Shown here: positions 10,918 through 23,689 of the stretch, piece by piece | Layout of the letters: each line of letters starts with the position of its first letter | How positions within the stretch are numbered: position 1 is the first letter of the stretch | Source: Octopus bimaculoides | Lineage: Eukaryota | Length of the DNA stretch: 32,322 bases | NCBI RefSeq assembly: GCF_001194135.2 | Contig: NC_068984.1 | Span: 36,249,409 to 36,281,730, forward strand | Direction of reading: 5' to 3' | The notes under the pieces: generated by a model | The model's input: only the letters and a program-made list of their open reading frames with translations | The model's database searches: none | What the model was told of the DNA's origin: nothing | Program-made: the position numbers and the translations under genes

Positions 10918-10963
<46 letters not shown>

Positions 10964-11207
10964 GAAAGAGGAGAACTTCGATTATCCCCTTGTGGTGAGC
11001 CGTAGTACAAAAAATATATACATAAAATATAAGGAAAATGCACATAGTTTACATAGTTTTTATATATTTTTTAGTATATTTTATAATCGAAAGAGTATTG
11101 GTTTGTCGACTGGTTTTCTTTAGCCAATCATAACATATACACACATGTGTATACGCAGACACGTATACCCATATATACATACAAATATACATACACANNN
11201 NNNNNNN

Positions 11208-11265
<58 letters not shown>

Positions 11266-11847
11266 CAAACACGCACAAACACACATACATATATTTTCTA
11301 GCTCATACAAACCCATATATTTGTACATGCATTCACACTTGTACATTTCTATATATGTCTACATAGACATCCATATGCACACATAAACACACATATGTAT
11401 ACGTATCTACACTACTCACGTATTTAAGTTTACATGTATATTGGGGGAGGGGGATTAATCAAATGGTAGTGTACCTCCGAGAGTTACTCTTCTCTTCAAT
11501 GATCGAATGATTGAAAGTGTGGGTGGCATCCACTTCTATTTGGATATATGCATCTTTTTTAAAACAAAACAAAAACAAGAGAATCCCATTGTAGGTGAGG
11601 TGTGATATCATATTTCGTGTTCAGTAGTCTTTTGTACTTTCTAACAAAAAATTCTTCTTTATATTTCCAGAATTATTCGTTGTCTGACCATAACTTAAAG
11701 GAGGGGAAGATTGTGGATTTTCCCTTTATTCATGATGGGAAGTGTTCACTACAAGTAGTGTTTCTGGCATAGGGGTTAATAATTTGTTGTTTATGTACAC
11801 GAACACTGTCATGCAGTCCCGCTCCGGTTTCACCAATGTATATATAT

Positions 11848-11960
<113 letters not shown>

Positions 11961-13819
11961 GGCACGGATTTATATGCCAAACAACTTATCACCTAAGTGG
12001 CTATCCTCCTTTAATTTTGATTGGTGTTGCTGTTCATTGCATTGTTATAACGCCCTAGAAATGCCACTTATACAAATCGAAAATAATTTTCCACATTTTA
12101 TGATATTTCTTGTACAAGAGACAATATTGTGAAAACTAATTTTTTATGGTTATATTATATTATATATTTTCATTGAATGAATTTACGGCATTTATAATGT
12201 CTGAAAGACTGACGCCATTTAACTATCTACTGTTTACACATTGTCGGTATACATTATAACTTTTAACTCTTGGCACACTATGGATTTGATGAATTCATAA
12301 TTAAAAACTGGTTCAATTGATTGTGAAATATGAGTTTCATATTTTCTAGTAAGTGATTATTTAATGTTTGTTATTCCTAATTTCAATTTTCTTAAATAAT
12401 ACACGGCTGCTTATAGGCAGCTGACATTTTCTAAACCTCACTATGAGTGGAAAATTACTGATGTAAAATTGAATAGATAATGGTATAATACTTTTATATC
12501 TGAAAAATTATTTTACTATGTAAACTTCGCTTGCTGTCAAATGCTGTATTATTACTCAGCTCTCCAATATAAATTCTTATAGAATGCAGATGTGAGATAT
12601 CGGTATTTATCTTTCTTTCGTATATTCCTTTCTATAATCCCATGTTTGGGTGAAATGGTCAGTCGTCTCGTGAGATATATCCAAACAGTATCTGCGGTGT
12701 TATTCGCATCGTACCAAATCACAAGCACACAAAGTAGACCCGCATTTCAGCTGCGTTTGCCGCTAAACTGCTAATTGCACTGCGGCTGTCGTATTGCAGT
12801 GGCATGGTCTTTTGATGTTGAATGTACGATTCTAATACAATGTGGTACTCTTACTATACGTAGCGTCTCTACCTCGATGTCTTGTTCCATTACGATGAAA
12901 TTATTTTTGCATGCAGACGCAGCCCTACTATGAGCCAATACTAGACAGAATGTAGCTCAGCACTATTATTCTCCGGAGAAATGGCTCAAGCGCAAACTCA
13001 TACGGTATACATGATGGAGTAGATGTTTACGGAAGGACCACGTGATTCAAAACTTCTGATTAATAACAATAATTTTGTTCTCTTTCATATTCAGGATCTC
13101 ATGCGTTCAGTTCAATGAAGTGTTTAACAGAAGTGTCAACGTTTGTACATTTCATAGTTATACACCGATATATTTAACAGCATTTACCGGCATTTGACCC
13201 AATACAAACTATATTATATAAATAGCATCTCAAATACGATCACAATGGTAACGACCTTTTAATATCCTGGCAATTTATAGTAAAAGCAACTTTACCTCGC
13301 GTTACTCAATATTCCGTAAACCTTTGAATGTTTTGCAACTTAGATCCTTCTATTATACAGTGTTGGTCAGTTACGGTTGATAGATTGTCATTTCAGTACC
13401 GAGATTCATTTTATTACGTCGAGCTACATTCATTCTTTCACTTGTATGTAGCTAAAACATGGGAAGTTGTATTATCCACAACAGAAATATTTAAAGTAGT
13501 GTTTCCAGCAGTCTATGGATGCAAACAGTTGTACAATTTAGATACAATAGAAATATTCTCTATTAGATTTATGAAACAAACAAAACTATTTAGAAAACCC
13601 AGATGAAAAGCTTATACAATTGATGACGAATCTCTGGAGATAGAATAGCTTCATCAAAATTAAGAGATCAGTGAACAGACAGCTGGCCGACATGTAAATC
13701 GGCAATCTTGAAATCTAATTAACAAGATAAAACGATGGCTTTATAATGGATCCTGTGGTCATACTTAGTGGTCAGGTTGAATTAACAACATAAAGGTTAT
13801 ATAGAAGTGTTTTGTGCGT

Positions 13820-13861
<42 letters not shown>

Positions 13862-13873
13862 ACACACATATAT

Positions 13874-13922
<49 letters not shown>
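13820..13922 (+). repeat. (CA)n/(TA)n compound microsatellite
   Basis: Directly visible. Confidence 0.95.
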
Positions 13923-13925
<3 letters not shown>

Positions 13926-14165
13926 GTTTGTAAGCTCGCACGTATGTGGAAATCTATGTATACAACGATATGTATATGCAATTTTCGGAATCTCATTTCC
14001 TTGTTTAGTATTGCTGGTCAAATGTGAATCATTATGTAAATGTACATTTTTGATTAGAATATAAACTAAGTGATATAAAATTACATTGCGTTTGAAGTAG
14101 AATTATGCATACATCCATCTCTGTCATCCTCCAGCACTGCCTTTCCCTGTACAGACATGTGTTCA

Positions 14166-14170
14166 CATAG

Positions 14171-14225
<55 letters not shown>
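14166..14225 (+). repeat. (GATA)n microsatellite at a gap edge
   Basis: Directly visible. Confidence 0.95.
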
Positions 14226-14614
14226 NNNNNNNNNNNNNNNNNNNNNNNNNNNNNNNNNNNNNNNNNNNNNNNNNNNNNNNNNNNNNNNNNNNNNNNNNNN
14301 NNNNNNNNNNNNNNNNNNNNNNNNNNNNNNNNNNNNNNNNNNNNNNNNNNNNNNNNNNNNNNNNNNNNNNNNNNNNNNNNNNNNNNNNNNNNNNNNNNNN
14401 NNNNNNNNNNNNNNNNNNNNNNNNNNNNNNNNNNNNNNNNNNNNNNNNNNNNNNNNNNNNNNNNNNNNNNNNNNNNNNNNNNNNNNNNNNNNNNNNNNNN
14501 NNNNNNNNNNNNNNNNNNNNNNNNNNNNNNNNNNNNNNNNNNNNNNNNNNNNNNNNNNNNNNNNNNNNNNNNNNNNNNNNNNNNNNNNNNNNNNNNNNTA
14601 TATATATATATATA

Positions 14615-14670
14615 TTCCTTTACTCCTTTATTCGTTTCAGCCATGCAGATGCAGTCATGCTGGAGCACCA
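14615..14670 (-). mobile_element. SINE family A 3'-tail fragment
   Basis: Minus strand tggtgctccagcatgactgc...ctgaaacgaataaagga matches the ggtgctccagc...actgaaacaagtaaaaga tail at 9321-9370. Confidence 0.6.
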
Positions 14671-14685
14671 TATATATGTATTTCC

Positions 14686-15105
14686 TTTTATTCTTTTACT
14701 TGTTATCGACATTTTACTATGGCCATACTAGACCACTGCCTTAATGGTATTTTTTCGTCGAAGAAATCGACCCCAGGACTTATTTCTTGTAAGCCTATTA
14801 ATTATTCTTTCGGCATCTTTTGCCGAACCGCTAGAATACGGGGAAGTAAACATACTTACATCGGTTGTCAAGTGATGCAGATAGGGTGGGGGACAAACAG
14901 AGGCACAAAGACTCATGCACACATAAATATATACATATCTCTATACAATGCGCCTCTATTAGTTTCCGTCTAACCAATCCACTGACGAGCCTTTCGATCC
15001 AAGGCTATAGCAGAAGACATTTGGCCAAGGTGCCATGTAATGGGATGGAAACCGGAACCATGTGTTTGGAAAGCAAGCTTCTTTCCACACAGCCACTATT
15101 GCACC
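14686..15105 (-). mobile_element. tRNA-type SINE family A, near full length and diverged
   Basis: Minus-strand head gtggctgtgtggaaagaagcttgc...ggttccggtttcc...caccttggccaaatgtcttctgctatagcc and tail aagtaaaagaataaaag. Confidence 0.85.
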
Positions 15106-15314
15106 TATCTGTGCGCGTGTGTGTATATTTGTGTTTGTGTGCGAGTGTGTGTATATATGTGTATACGTGTGTGTGTGTGTTTGTGTACATATATTATCAA
15201 ACGGCAATAGATACAGAATGACTCAGGGACCGAGAATTTAGTTCATTGCTTGGATAAGGACCAATGGAAGAATGTACCAGACCCTTCAGTCATCCCCTAA
15301 ATTCTGCCGATTCC

Positions 15315-15445
15315 TAATAGTTTCAGATTTTGGCATACGGATAGCAATTTAAATGAAGGGTTAAGTCGGATACATCGGTCTTGGTGACCTTTTCTATCGA
15401 GCTCTACACGATGAAAGCGTAGGAAAATCTCGGCGGAATTTGAAC
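15315..15445 (-). mobile_element. SINE family B fragment
   Basis: Minus strand gttcaaattccgccgag...gctttcatc...tcgata aligns to 20417-20475. Confidence 0.6.
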
Positions 15446-15470
15446 ATGTGTGTGTATGTGTATGTATGTG

Positions 15471-15552
<82 letters not shown>

Positions 15553-15553
15553 A

Positions 15554-15760
15554 AGACGCGTGGTTAAGGATGCAGATTCACGATATTGAGATTGATTATC
15601 GAAGACACGCTGTGTCCTTGAGCAAGGCACTTAATATCATGTTTCTCCAGTACACTCAGATAGGAAAAAAAAGTTGCACGACAATTTCACGAACAGCTGT
15701 GTTCTAGCTGATCGTTTCATCGGATCAACTATAACACTAATTCTTCGTAACCGAGTGCCA
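15554..15760 (+). mobile_element. SINE family C, internally deleted
   Basis: tgtgtccttgagcaaggcactt, ctccagtacactcag and 3' end atcggatcaact...cgtaaccgagtgcca match the reverse complement of 20190-20741. Confidence 0.75.
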
Positions 15761-15936
15761 GTTCATATATGTGTGTATGTGTGTATGTGTGTGTGTATAC
15801 ATACACACAAATACACACACACAAATACACACACACAGGCACACACACATATATATAAATGATCGTTGGTAAGGCGAAACACTGCGAAGTAAATGCAAGA
15901 TAAATCACAAGAAAAGAAATATGTGAATTAATGTAT

Positions 15937-16128
15937 AGTTGAAATTTACAGAAAAACAAAAGACGAAGACAGGTGCATAAACAACAAACAGGTGTATTAG
16001 TTTGAAGATCGGGGAGGTGAGAAAGTTCTTTACGTTTCGAGCGTACGCTCTTCAACAGAAAGGAACACGATGAAATAAACAGAGAGAGAATAATAAAAAA
16101 ATATGGAGTTACCGGTCAATCATGCCGG
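15937..16128 (-). mobile_element. Penelope-like terminal repeat fragment, copy 2
   Basis: Same family as 943-1125 and 26489-26697. Confidence 0.6.
16028..16062 (-). ncRNA. Hammerhead-like motif, second copy
   Basis: Minus strand: cttt CTGTTGA A gagc gtac gctc GAAAC GTA aag. The stem II pairing is kept and only the loop changes. Confidence 0.4.
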
Positions 16129-16139
16129 TATATATGTTC

Positions 16140-16218
16140 ATCATTTTGTCCATATTCTTTTGCAACGTCATGTACCCAGATATGTATCTAGATGTACATG
16201 TAGATGAAGGTATGTACA
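16140..16218 (+). repeat. 79-bp direct repeat, copy 1 (copy 2 at 16877-16955)
   Basis: 3 mismatches in 79 nt, offset 737. Confidence 0.95.
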
Positions 16219-16876
16219 TACATGTACATATATATGCATATACTCATATATTGTTTGTATCACACGATCAAACGCACGCGTTATCTTTACACAGTAAGGT
16301 TTGAACTATTTTTCTAACGCGACTCTCTCTATCTCTATATCTATCCCCCCTCTAATTCTTCCCTCTACTGTTCTTCGCCTCTCCCTGTCACTACTATCTC
16401 TCTCTCTCTATCTCTCGTTACTCGTCCTTCGCCTCTCACCGTCAATACTACTCTCCCTCCCTACCTTTCGTTGCTCACTTATATTCTACTTCCTCCCCTT
16501 CTCCCTCTGCTACTCTTTCTCCCAACCCCTCGCTGATCACGTGTGTCCGGTTGCTATTTCTTTTCGGTCTTGGACTCGTCAAGCTTCGCACGCACTTCTT
16601 CGCCTCTCCAGTTCGTGCTTCACAGCGTTCAATACACACACACTTCTCCACGTCTGGCTGTACAGCCTTTTTGTTTGTTTATTTCACCGTTTGGTTTTCC
16701 TGTCTTGTTTTCCGTCCGCCACTATCCTCCACGAAAAAAAATTAATTTGTGTTCGTGGGAAGAGCCATTTTAACGATGCATCCTGCCCTAACTCTCGGAA
16801 ACGCCGGTGTTTTAATGGTGGCAGCTGATGAAGGACATGTTCTCTATGTGGCCTGCTTGTTTGTTGTACCTCGTTT

Positions 16877-16955
16877 ATCATTTTGTCCATGTTCTTTTGC
16901 AACGTCATGCACCCAGATATGTATCTATATGTACATGTAGATGAAGGTATGTACA
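16877..16955 (+). repeat. 79-bp direct repeat, copy 2 (runs into an N-gap)
   Basis: tcattttgtccatgttcttttgcaacgtcatgcacccagatatgtatctatatgtacatgtagatgaaggtatgtaca. Confidence 0.95.
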
Positions 16956-19712
16956 NNNNNNNNNNNNNNNNNNNNNNNNNNNNNNNNNNNNNNNNNNNNN
17001 NNNNNNNNNNNNNNNNNNNNNNNNNNNNNNNNNNNNNNNNNNNNNNNNNNNNNNNNNNNNNNNNNNNNNNNNNNNNNNNNNNNNNNNNNNNNNNNNNNNN
17101 NNNNNNNNNNNNNNNNNNNNNNNNNNNTATGTATGTGTATATCATTGAAAAAAATGGAGTCAACAAGAAGGAATATAGTTGGACATTTATTTTTGAATCA
17201 CCGCAATTTGTTCCACGCAGCGTAGTACTCCAGACGTGCAAGTACTTGTAGTGGTTAAAAAATAAATGTTCAAACGCAAGCCAGGACGTGCGTATAAATC
17301 TTTTACTGGATAGTACAGGGTAAATCTGAAAGTGGACGGAATTTATACTGTACTCTTCTACGTTCTTGAATGGATATACTATAACTATATAAACGTCATG
17401 GGGAAAAACACCAGAAATGTATAGATAAGTAACAAACTAAATTAACCATTACAGTTTCGATAAATAATCAATTGTTTTATACGTGGCATCATGGATAATA
17501 AAACATGAAGTTTCCAACATTTCTGCGCAAATATAATCAATGTTATGATCGTAGAACATATTACCACCCTACAAAAATTATAAGTTTTCCTGATGAAAAG
17601 GAAAGGGAATATTAAATTCCAATGTGTTGGGGAAATTTGCCCAAAATCAAATATACCCTTTATATTCAAACTTAGAAAGAAACAAAGATAAACCACAAAT
17701 TAAAATAGAAAGTAAAAATAACTTATAAAAAATCTCTCATTATCTTGCCAAATAAACGTGTTGAGTATAATAATGTGAACAGCTTATGTAGGTACATATA
17801 TCTATTAGTGTGTGTGCGTGTGTGTGTGTGAAGATATATATGTTTTCTTGTGTATGTATTCACCTATCTATAGGTATATATGGATATAAATATACACGTA
17901 TTACATATGCATTTATGTATACATACCCACATACATATACACGCATATACAATTTTTCACTGTATTTCTATATTTTTGCATTTCTAAACGTGAATATGTA
18001 GTGTGTAAGCTAATTTGTTCACTTTGTACGTGTGAACTCTAAGAGCTGACGGATATATTACTTTAATAATAAAGAAAACACTAAAAAAATCATGTATATA
18101 TAAAGACAAAATAATGGTGAAAAGTACAACACGGTATACATACATTCTTACATGTATATTTCTTCACTGCACTTACAGATATATATCTATATATATACAG
18201 ATATGTGTGTGTGAAAGAGAGAAATTGTGTGTCAAAGTGTAGTGAAGAAATAGTGTAATAAGTATACATGTAAGAATATATGTATACTGTATTGTACTTT
18301 TCACCATTATATATATATATATATATATATATACAAATATACATATATGTATATATGTGTATGTATATGTATCTGATTATATATATACATATATATATAG
18401 AGAGAGNNNNNNNNNNNNNNNNNNNNNNNNNNNNNNNNNNNNNNNNNNNNNNNNNNNNNNNNNNNNNNNNNNNNNNNNNNNNNNNNNNNNNNNNNNNNNN
18501 NNNNNNNNNNNNNNNNNNNNNNNNNNNNNNNNNNNNNNNNNNNNNNNNNNNNNNNNNNNNNNNNNNNNNNNNNNNNNNNNNNNNNNNNNNNNNNNNNNNN
18601 NNNNNNNNNNNNNNNNNNNNNNNNNNNNNNNNNNNNNNNNNNNNNNNNNNNNNNNNNNNNNNNNNNNNNNNNNNNNNNNNNNNNNNNNNNNNNNNNNNNN
18701 NNNNNNNNNNNNNNNNNNNNGGGGAGAGAGAGAGGGGGAGAGAGAGAGGGGGAGAGAGAAACGTTTTTACGAACGAAACACGAAAACATTGGTCTCTTTT
18801 CCTTCATGTACGTATGTGCGTACCCCCGCGCATTCATGCGCGCACAATTCACATATACAAAGAACATTCAAATACTCATTTGCACACACGCTCATACACA
18901 CACTCACACATCATGCACACACATGCACACAGGCATGCACACACACACACACACGCACACACACACACACACACACAGAATGTTGTGCTAAGAATGTGCT
19001 TTGAGTTGCATTTTAAATAAAAGAAAATGTTATCGAAAATATACTTTCGGCGTATGTATAGTGGCGCCAGACATGTCGGATCTATAAGAATTTTATTTCC
19101 TTTTCATTTTATTTTGAGGCGGAACAAATTGGTTCAACGAAAGTAAAGAAGAAATTGCTTTGGCACGGTAACAAACATTATCAAAAACAGAATACGTATT
19201 GGACGAAAGATGTAAAAGCTGCTAAAGATTATACAAAAAATAGAAGTGGTAATAAATTTAACTAGCTTATGTGCACAAGATTTTGAATGTAGTTATGAAA
19301 CAAGTGCTGAATGAATAATAAGTCGAAATGTAAAATAATTTTTTTCTTTAAATATTTAGTTGTGTTTATTTTTTTATTTTATTTTTTACAATCGCAGACT
19401 ATTTTACTTTGGAACTATAATATTCGCTAATTAATTGAGTTTAATTGTATTTCATTGTACATATTAGAATAACTTACGAGAATATGTCTAGCGGTTTTAC
19501 AGAAAGACCTGCTTTTTGAAGTGTAAACAATTCACCAACACATACGGAATATCACGTCGACATTAATCAAAAGATTTTCTACTCATTTTGCTTTTGGTCA
19601 TTTTCAAAACAGTAATGATATAATAATTTATAAATTTCATATTATGTATAAATATTATCAAAAGTATTCTAAATATGGACGGAAAATTATTGACAGCATA
19701 AGATATAAATAA

Positions 19713-20107
19713 GCAACAGGAGTGGCTGTGTGGTAAGTAGCTTGCTTACCAACCACATGTTTACGGGTTCATTCCCACTGCGTAGCACCTTGGGCAAGTG
19801 TCTTCTACTATATCCTCGGGAAGACCAAAATCTTGTGAGCGGATTTGGTAGACGGAAACTGGAAGAACCTTGTTGTATATGTATTTGTCTATGTATGTGC
19901 GTGTGTATATGTTTGGGTGTCTGTGTTTGTCCCCCCAACATTGCTTGATAACCGATGCTGGTGTGTTTAGGTCCCCGTAACTTAGAGGTTCGGCAAAAGA
20001 GACCGATAGAATAAGTACTAGACTTACAAAGAGTAATCTCTGGGGTCAATTTGTTCGACTAAAGGCAATGACTGTAGCAAGTAAAAGAAGAAAAGAATAA
20101 AAGAATA
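19713..20107 (+). mobile_element. tRNA-type SINE family A, full length
   Basis: A-box-like tggctgtgtgg (19723-19733), B-box-like ggttcattcc (19766-19775), CORE-like ccttgggcaagtgtctt, an internal TG-rich tract and an (AAAAGAAT)n tail. Several homologous copies occur in the window. Confidence 0.9.
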
Positions 20108-20189
20108 TTAAAATGAGAATGAATATAATTTCCCAAGTTTGATTAGTATAAAGCAATGCGCATCTTTAATTCCTATGAAAAAAATAAAC

Positions 20190-20741
20190 TGGCAAAATGT
20201 CAGTTACGATGATGAGAGTCCCAATTGATCCGATGAACGGAACAGGCGGCTCCTGAAATTAACATGAAAGTGACTGGGCTCTCCACAGATACGCATACTC
20301 TTAACGTAGTTCGCAGGGAGATTCAGTGTGACATAGAACGTGACAAGAGGCGGCGAGCTGACAGAAATGTTAGCACGCCGGGCGAAATGCTTAGCGGTAT
20401 TTCGTCTGCCGTTACGTTCTGAGTTCATATTCCACCGAGGTGGACTTTGCCTTTCATCCTTTTGGGGTCGATAAATCAAGGACCAGTTACGCACTGGGTT
20501 GATGTAATCACCTTAATCCCTTTGTTTGTCCCATCTATGTTCAGCCCTTGTTGGCAATAAAGAAATAAGAACGTGACACGATTGGCCTTTAAAATACAGG
20601 TACTGCTCATATTTGCCAGCTGAGTAGACTGGAGCAAGGTGAAATAAAATTTTCTTGCTCAAGGACACAACGTGCCACCGGTTTTCGAACCCACAACCTT
20701 ACGATCGTGAGCTGAATGCCCTAATCACTAAGCTACGCGCC
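20190..20741 (-). mobile_element. tRNA-type SINE family C, full length, interrupted by a family B SINE
   Basis: Minus-strand head ggcgcgtagcttagtgattagg...ggttcgaaaacc followed by tgtgtccttgagcaag. The two halves rejoin across 20346-20567. Confidence 0.85.
20348..20567 (+). mobile_element. tRNA-type SINE family B, full length, with TSD AGAACGTGACA
   Basis: Head ggcggcgagctgacagaaatgttagcacgccggg, B-box-like gagttcatattcc, central gcctttcatccttttggggtcgataaa and A-rich tail. Perfect 11-bp TSD at 20335-20345 and 20568-20578. Confidence 0.9.
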
Positions 20742-21425
20742 TTCACTACCATGATAAACGTCACTGTATATTTGAAAAGGGTACCTGGCATATTTGCACC
20801 AAAATTTATCTTAAATCAACGGAGATAAAGAAAAAAAAACATCAAATAACTAACCGTGACTTCGTCCCTCAATATAAGAATTAAGAACAAACAAGTGATT
20901 TGAAATGTAACGTAGATCTCAGTCCGGAGTTATTATAACTCCACATTTCTGAGAAGTCCTTTTATATGACATTTCTTTTAACAACACAGCACAAGTAGTC
21001 TGTACAAGTAGGTAATCGATATAGAACTGGATATTTCTGAGATGATTTTCAGTCAAATTAGGAGACAAAGAATTGCGTACATCTTAGATGAGATGCATTA
21101 ATATGAGAACACTTGGGAAGAAATATAAATGTTCATCAATCACAGAGTAAAGTGATGCGGAAATAAGGTGAAATAAGGAGGTCAGAAAAGACAATGCAAT
21201 TTATCGAGAACGAAAGAAGATGAAGAAAGTTTTAATGTAATGTTTATGGATTGCATCATACAAATTCTTCAGAGGAGCTCATATAAAATGCAGAACCATT
21301 GTTTATGATATATACATACTTATACATATATACATACATATATGTATACACATACACACATATACACACACACACATGTATATTTGTTTGCGGTGGAGTC
21401 ATATTTCAAAACATTACATTTCCAG

Positions 21426-21539
21426 GTTACTTAATAGATTTGAGTGGCGCATATTTTTACCAATATATTTTGCAGAGAACAGTTGCAAGTGACTTCGAAT
21501 TTCAAACTTACCTACCATCAGAATGTCTGCTGGTGACCA
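21426..21539 (+). CDS. Isolated candidate plus-strand exon (114 nt, phase 1-1), GYLIDLSGAYFYQYILQRTVASDFEFQTYLPSECLLVT
   Basis: Acceptor acatttccag|G, donor CA|gtaagt and an open symmetric frame. No supporting partner exon identified. Confidence 0.2.
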
Positions 21540-21589
21540 GTAAGTGAAAACGACGAAATCTCTCTGTTCCACTTCCTCTCTATTCCTCC

Positions 21590-21593
<4 letters not shown>

Positions 21594-21672
<79 letters not shown>
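21594..21672 (+). repeat. (CT)n microsatellite
   Basis: Directly visible. Confidence 0.95.
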
Positions 21673-21675
<3 letters not shown>

Positions 21676-22532
21676 ATCTGTCTATCTCTATCTCTTTTTC
21701 TCTCTCTGTCAGTGTATTCTGTCTTTCCACAATCGAGATACATTCCACAGTACTACACAAGGCATCACTGTTTTGAATTCGTTTCAGAAGGATCCCAGTT
21801 TCATATCATCTATCTCTGTATCGCTATCAAAAGCCGAACCAAGAAAGTAAGATCATACTTGGCTGAACACCTATCACGTGGGGACAGGAGAGAGAGGTAG
21901 AGGCAGAGGGATAGAAGAATTAAGGAGGGACGAGAAAAAATGACAGGGACACAGTGAAGTGAAAAGAGGCGGAAAAGTGAGCAAGAAGAGAAAGCAAGGA
22001 AATGTGAGAGAGGGGGGAAGAAAGAACGAAGAGTGGAATGAACGAAATAGGCGCGAAAGGGCTGATAGAAAGAAAGAATAGAGTCGTATTGTTTATACAC
22101 ATTGTCACAACTTTTTATAAACTGCAACTCCCAATACTCTATCTGAAATATATTAAAACTTATTTTTGAAAACACTCCGTTTAAATGTATCCTCTCATGA
22201 AATAAATATTTGCCCTATTCCTTACCTGACAGATATTTAACTTCGACTTTTGGAAAATGAATTTTCTTTAGACTTGAATACTCAGTGATTTATGCTTCAA
22301 TGTAAATTTGCAGCAATCTGTCATTCGTTCAACATTACGATCATTTTTAAATGCACATATTTATCACATCCCGTCAGATATAGCGACGATATATCCTTTG
22401 TTTATACGTTACTACAATCATAGTTCTTCATCAAATTTTCTAAAACACAAAGAATAAAAGAATAAAAGAATATATCTGTTATGTTGTACTAGTGTTAGTT
22501 ATTTTGCTGTTGTCATGTCGGGGAACTATCTT

Positions 22533-22670
22533 TAACAGCTTTCATCGAACGAAGCTACGTCAGGGCTTATGTCATTTTTTGTACTTACGCCGAATTGCTA
22601 TATTACGGGACGTAAAGAAAACAACGCTGGTTTAAATTCAGGGATCGCGGACAACACACAAAGACATACA
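22533..22670 (-). mobile_element. Diverged SINE family A 3'-half fragment
   Basis: Minus strand ttgtcc...tttacgtcccgtaatatagcaattcggc matches gtttgtccc...tccccgtaacttagaggttcggc of family A. Confidence 0.5.
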
Positions 22671-23543
22671 CACACACACACACATATATATATGTACTCA
22701 TATATATGTATATATAAATATATATATGTGTATATATATNNNNNNNNNNNNNNNNNNNNNNNNNNNNNNNNNNNNNNNNNNNNNNNNNNNNNNNNNNNNN
22801 NNNNNNNNNNNNNNNNNNNNNNNNNNNNNNNNNNNNNNNNNNNNNNNNNNNNNNNNNNNNNNNNNNNNNNNNNNNNNNNNNNNNNNNNNNNNNNNNNNNN
22901 NNNNNNNNNNNNNNNNNNNNNNNNNNNNNNNNNNNNNNNNNNNNNNNNNNNNNNNNNNNNNNNNNNNNNNNNNNNNNNNNNNNNNNNNNNNNNNNNNNNN
23001 NNNNNNNNNNNNNNNNNNNNNNNNNNNNNNNNNNNNNNNNNNNNNNNNNNNNNNNNNNNNNNNNNNNNNNNNNNNNNNNNNNNNNNNNNNNNNNNNNNNN
23101 NNNNNNNNNNNNNNNNNNNNNNNNNNNNNNNNNNNNNNNNNNNNNNNNNNNNNNNNNNNNNNNNNNNNNNNNNNNNNNNNNNNNNNNNNNNNNNNNNNNN
23201 NNNNNNNNNNNNNNNNNNNNNNNNNNNNNNNNNNNNNNNNNNNNNNNNNNNNNNNNNNNNNNNNNNNNNNNNNNNNNNNNNNNNNNNNNNNNNNNNNNNN
23301 NNNNNNNNNNNNNNNNNNNNNNNNNNNNNNNNNNNNNNNNNNNNNNNNNNNNNNNNNNNNNNNNNNNNNNNNNNNNNNNNNNNNNNNNNNNNNNNNNNNN
23401 NNNNNNNNNNNNNNNNNNNNNNNNNNNNNNNNNNNNNNNNNNNNNNNNNNNNNNNNNNNNNNNNNNNNNNNNNNNNNNNNNNNNNNNNNNNNNNNNNNNN
23501 NNNNNNNNNNNNNNNNNNNNNNNNNNNNNNNNNNNNNNNNNNN

Positions 23544-23575
<32 letters not shown>

Positions 23576-23689
23576 TGTATGTATATATATATATTTAAAC
23601 ATATATAAGAATAAAACTGGAACAAAAACGCCATAGAGGGCATTAAAACGTTAGGACAGATACACGATACAAAGGCAGACGGATTTTAT

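Noticed and set aside
13328-13606. 92-aa plus-strand ORF
   Set aside because: No recognisable domain or convincing splice pair; an ORF of this length can occur by chance in 32 kb.
19713-20741. tRNA genes suggested by A/B boxes
   Set aside because: The boxes belong to multi-copy SINE heads with long non-tRNA bodies and tails, and no complete cloverleaf forms.
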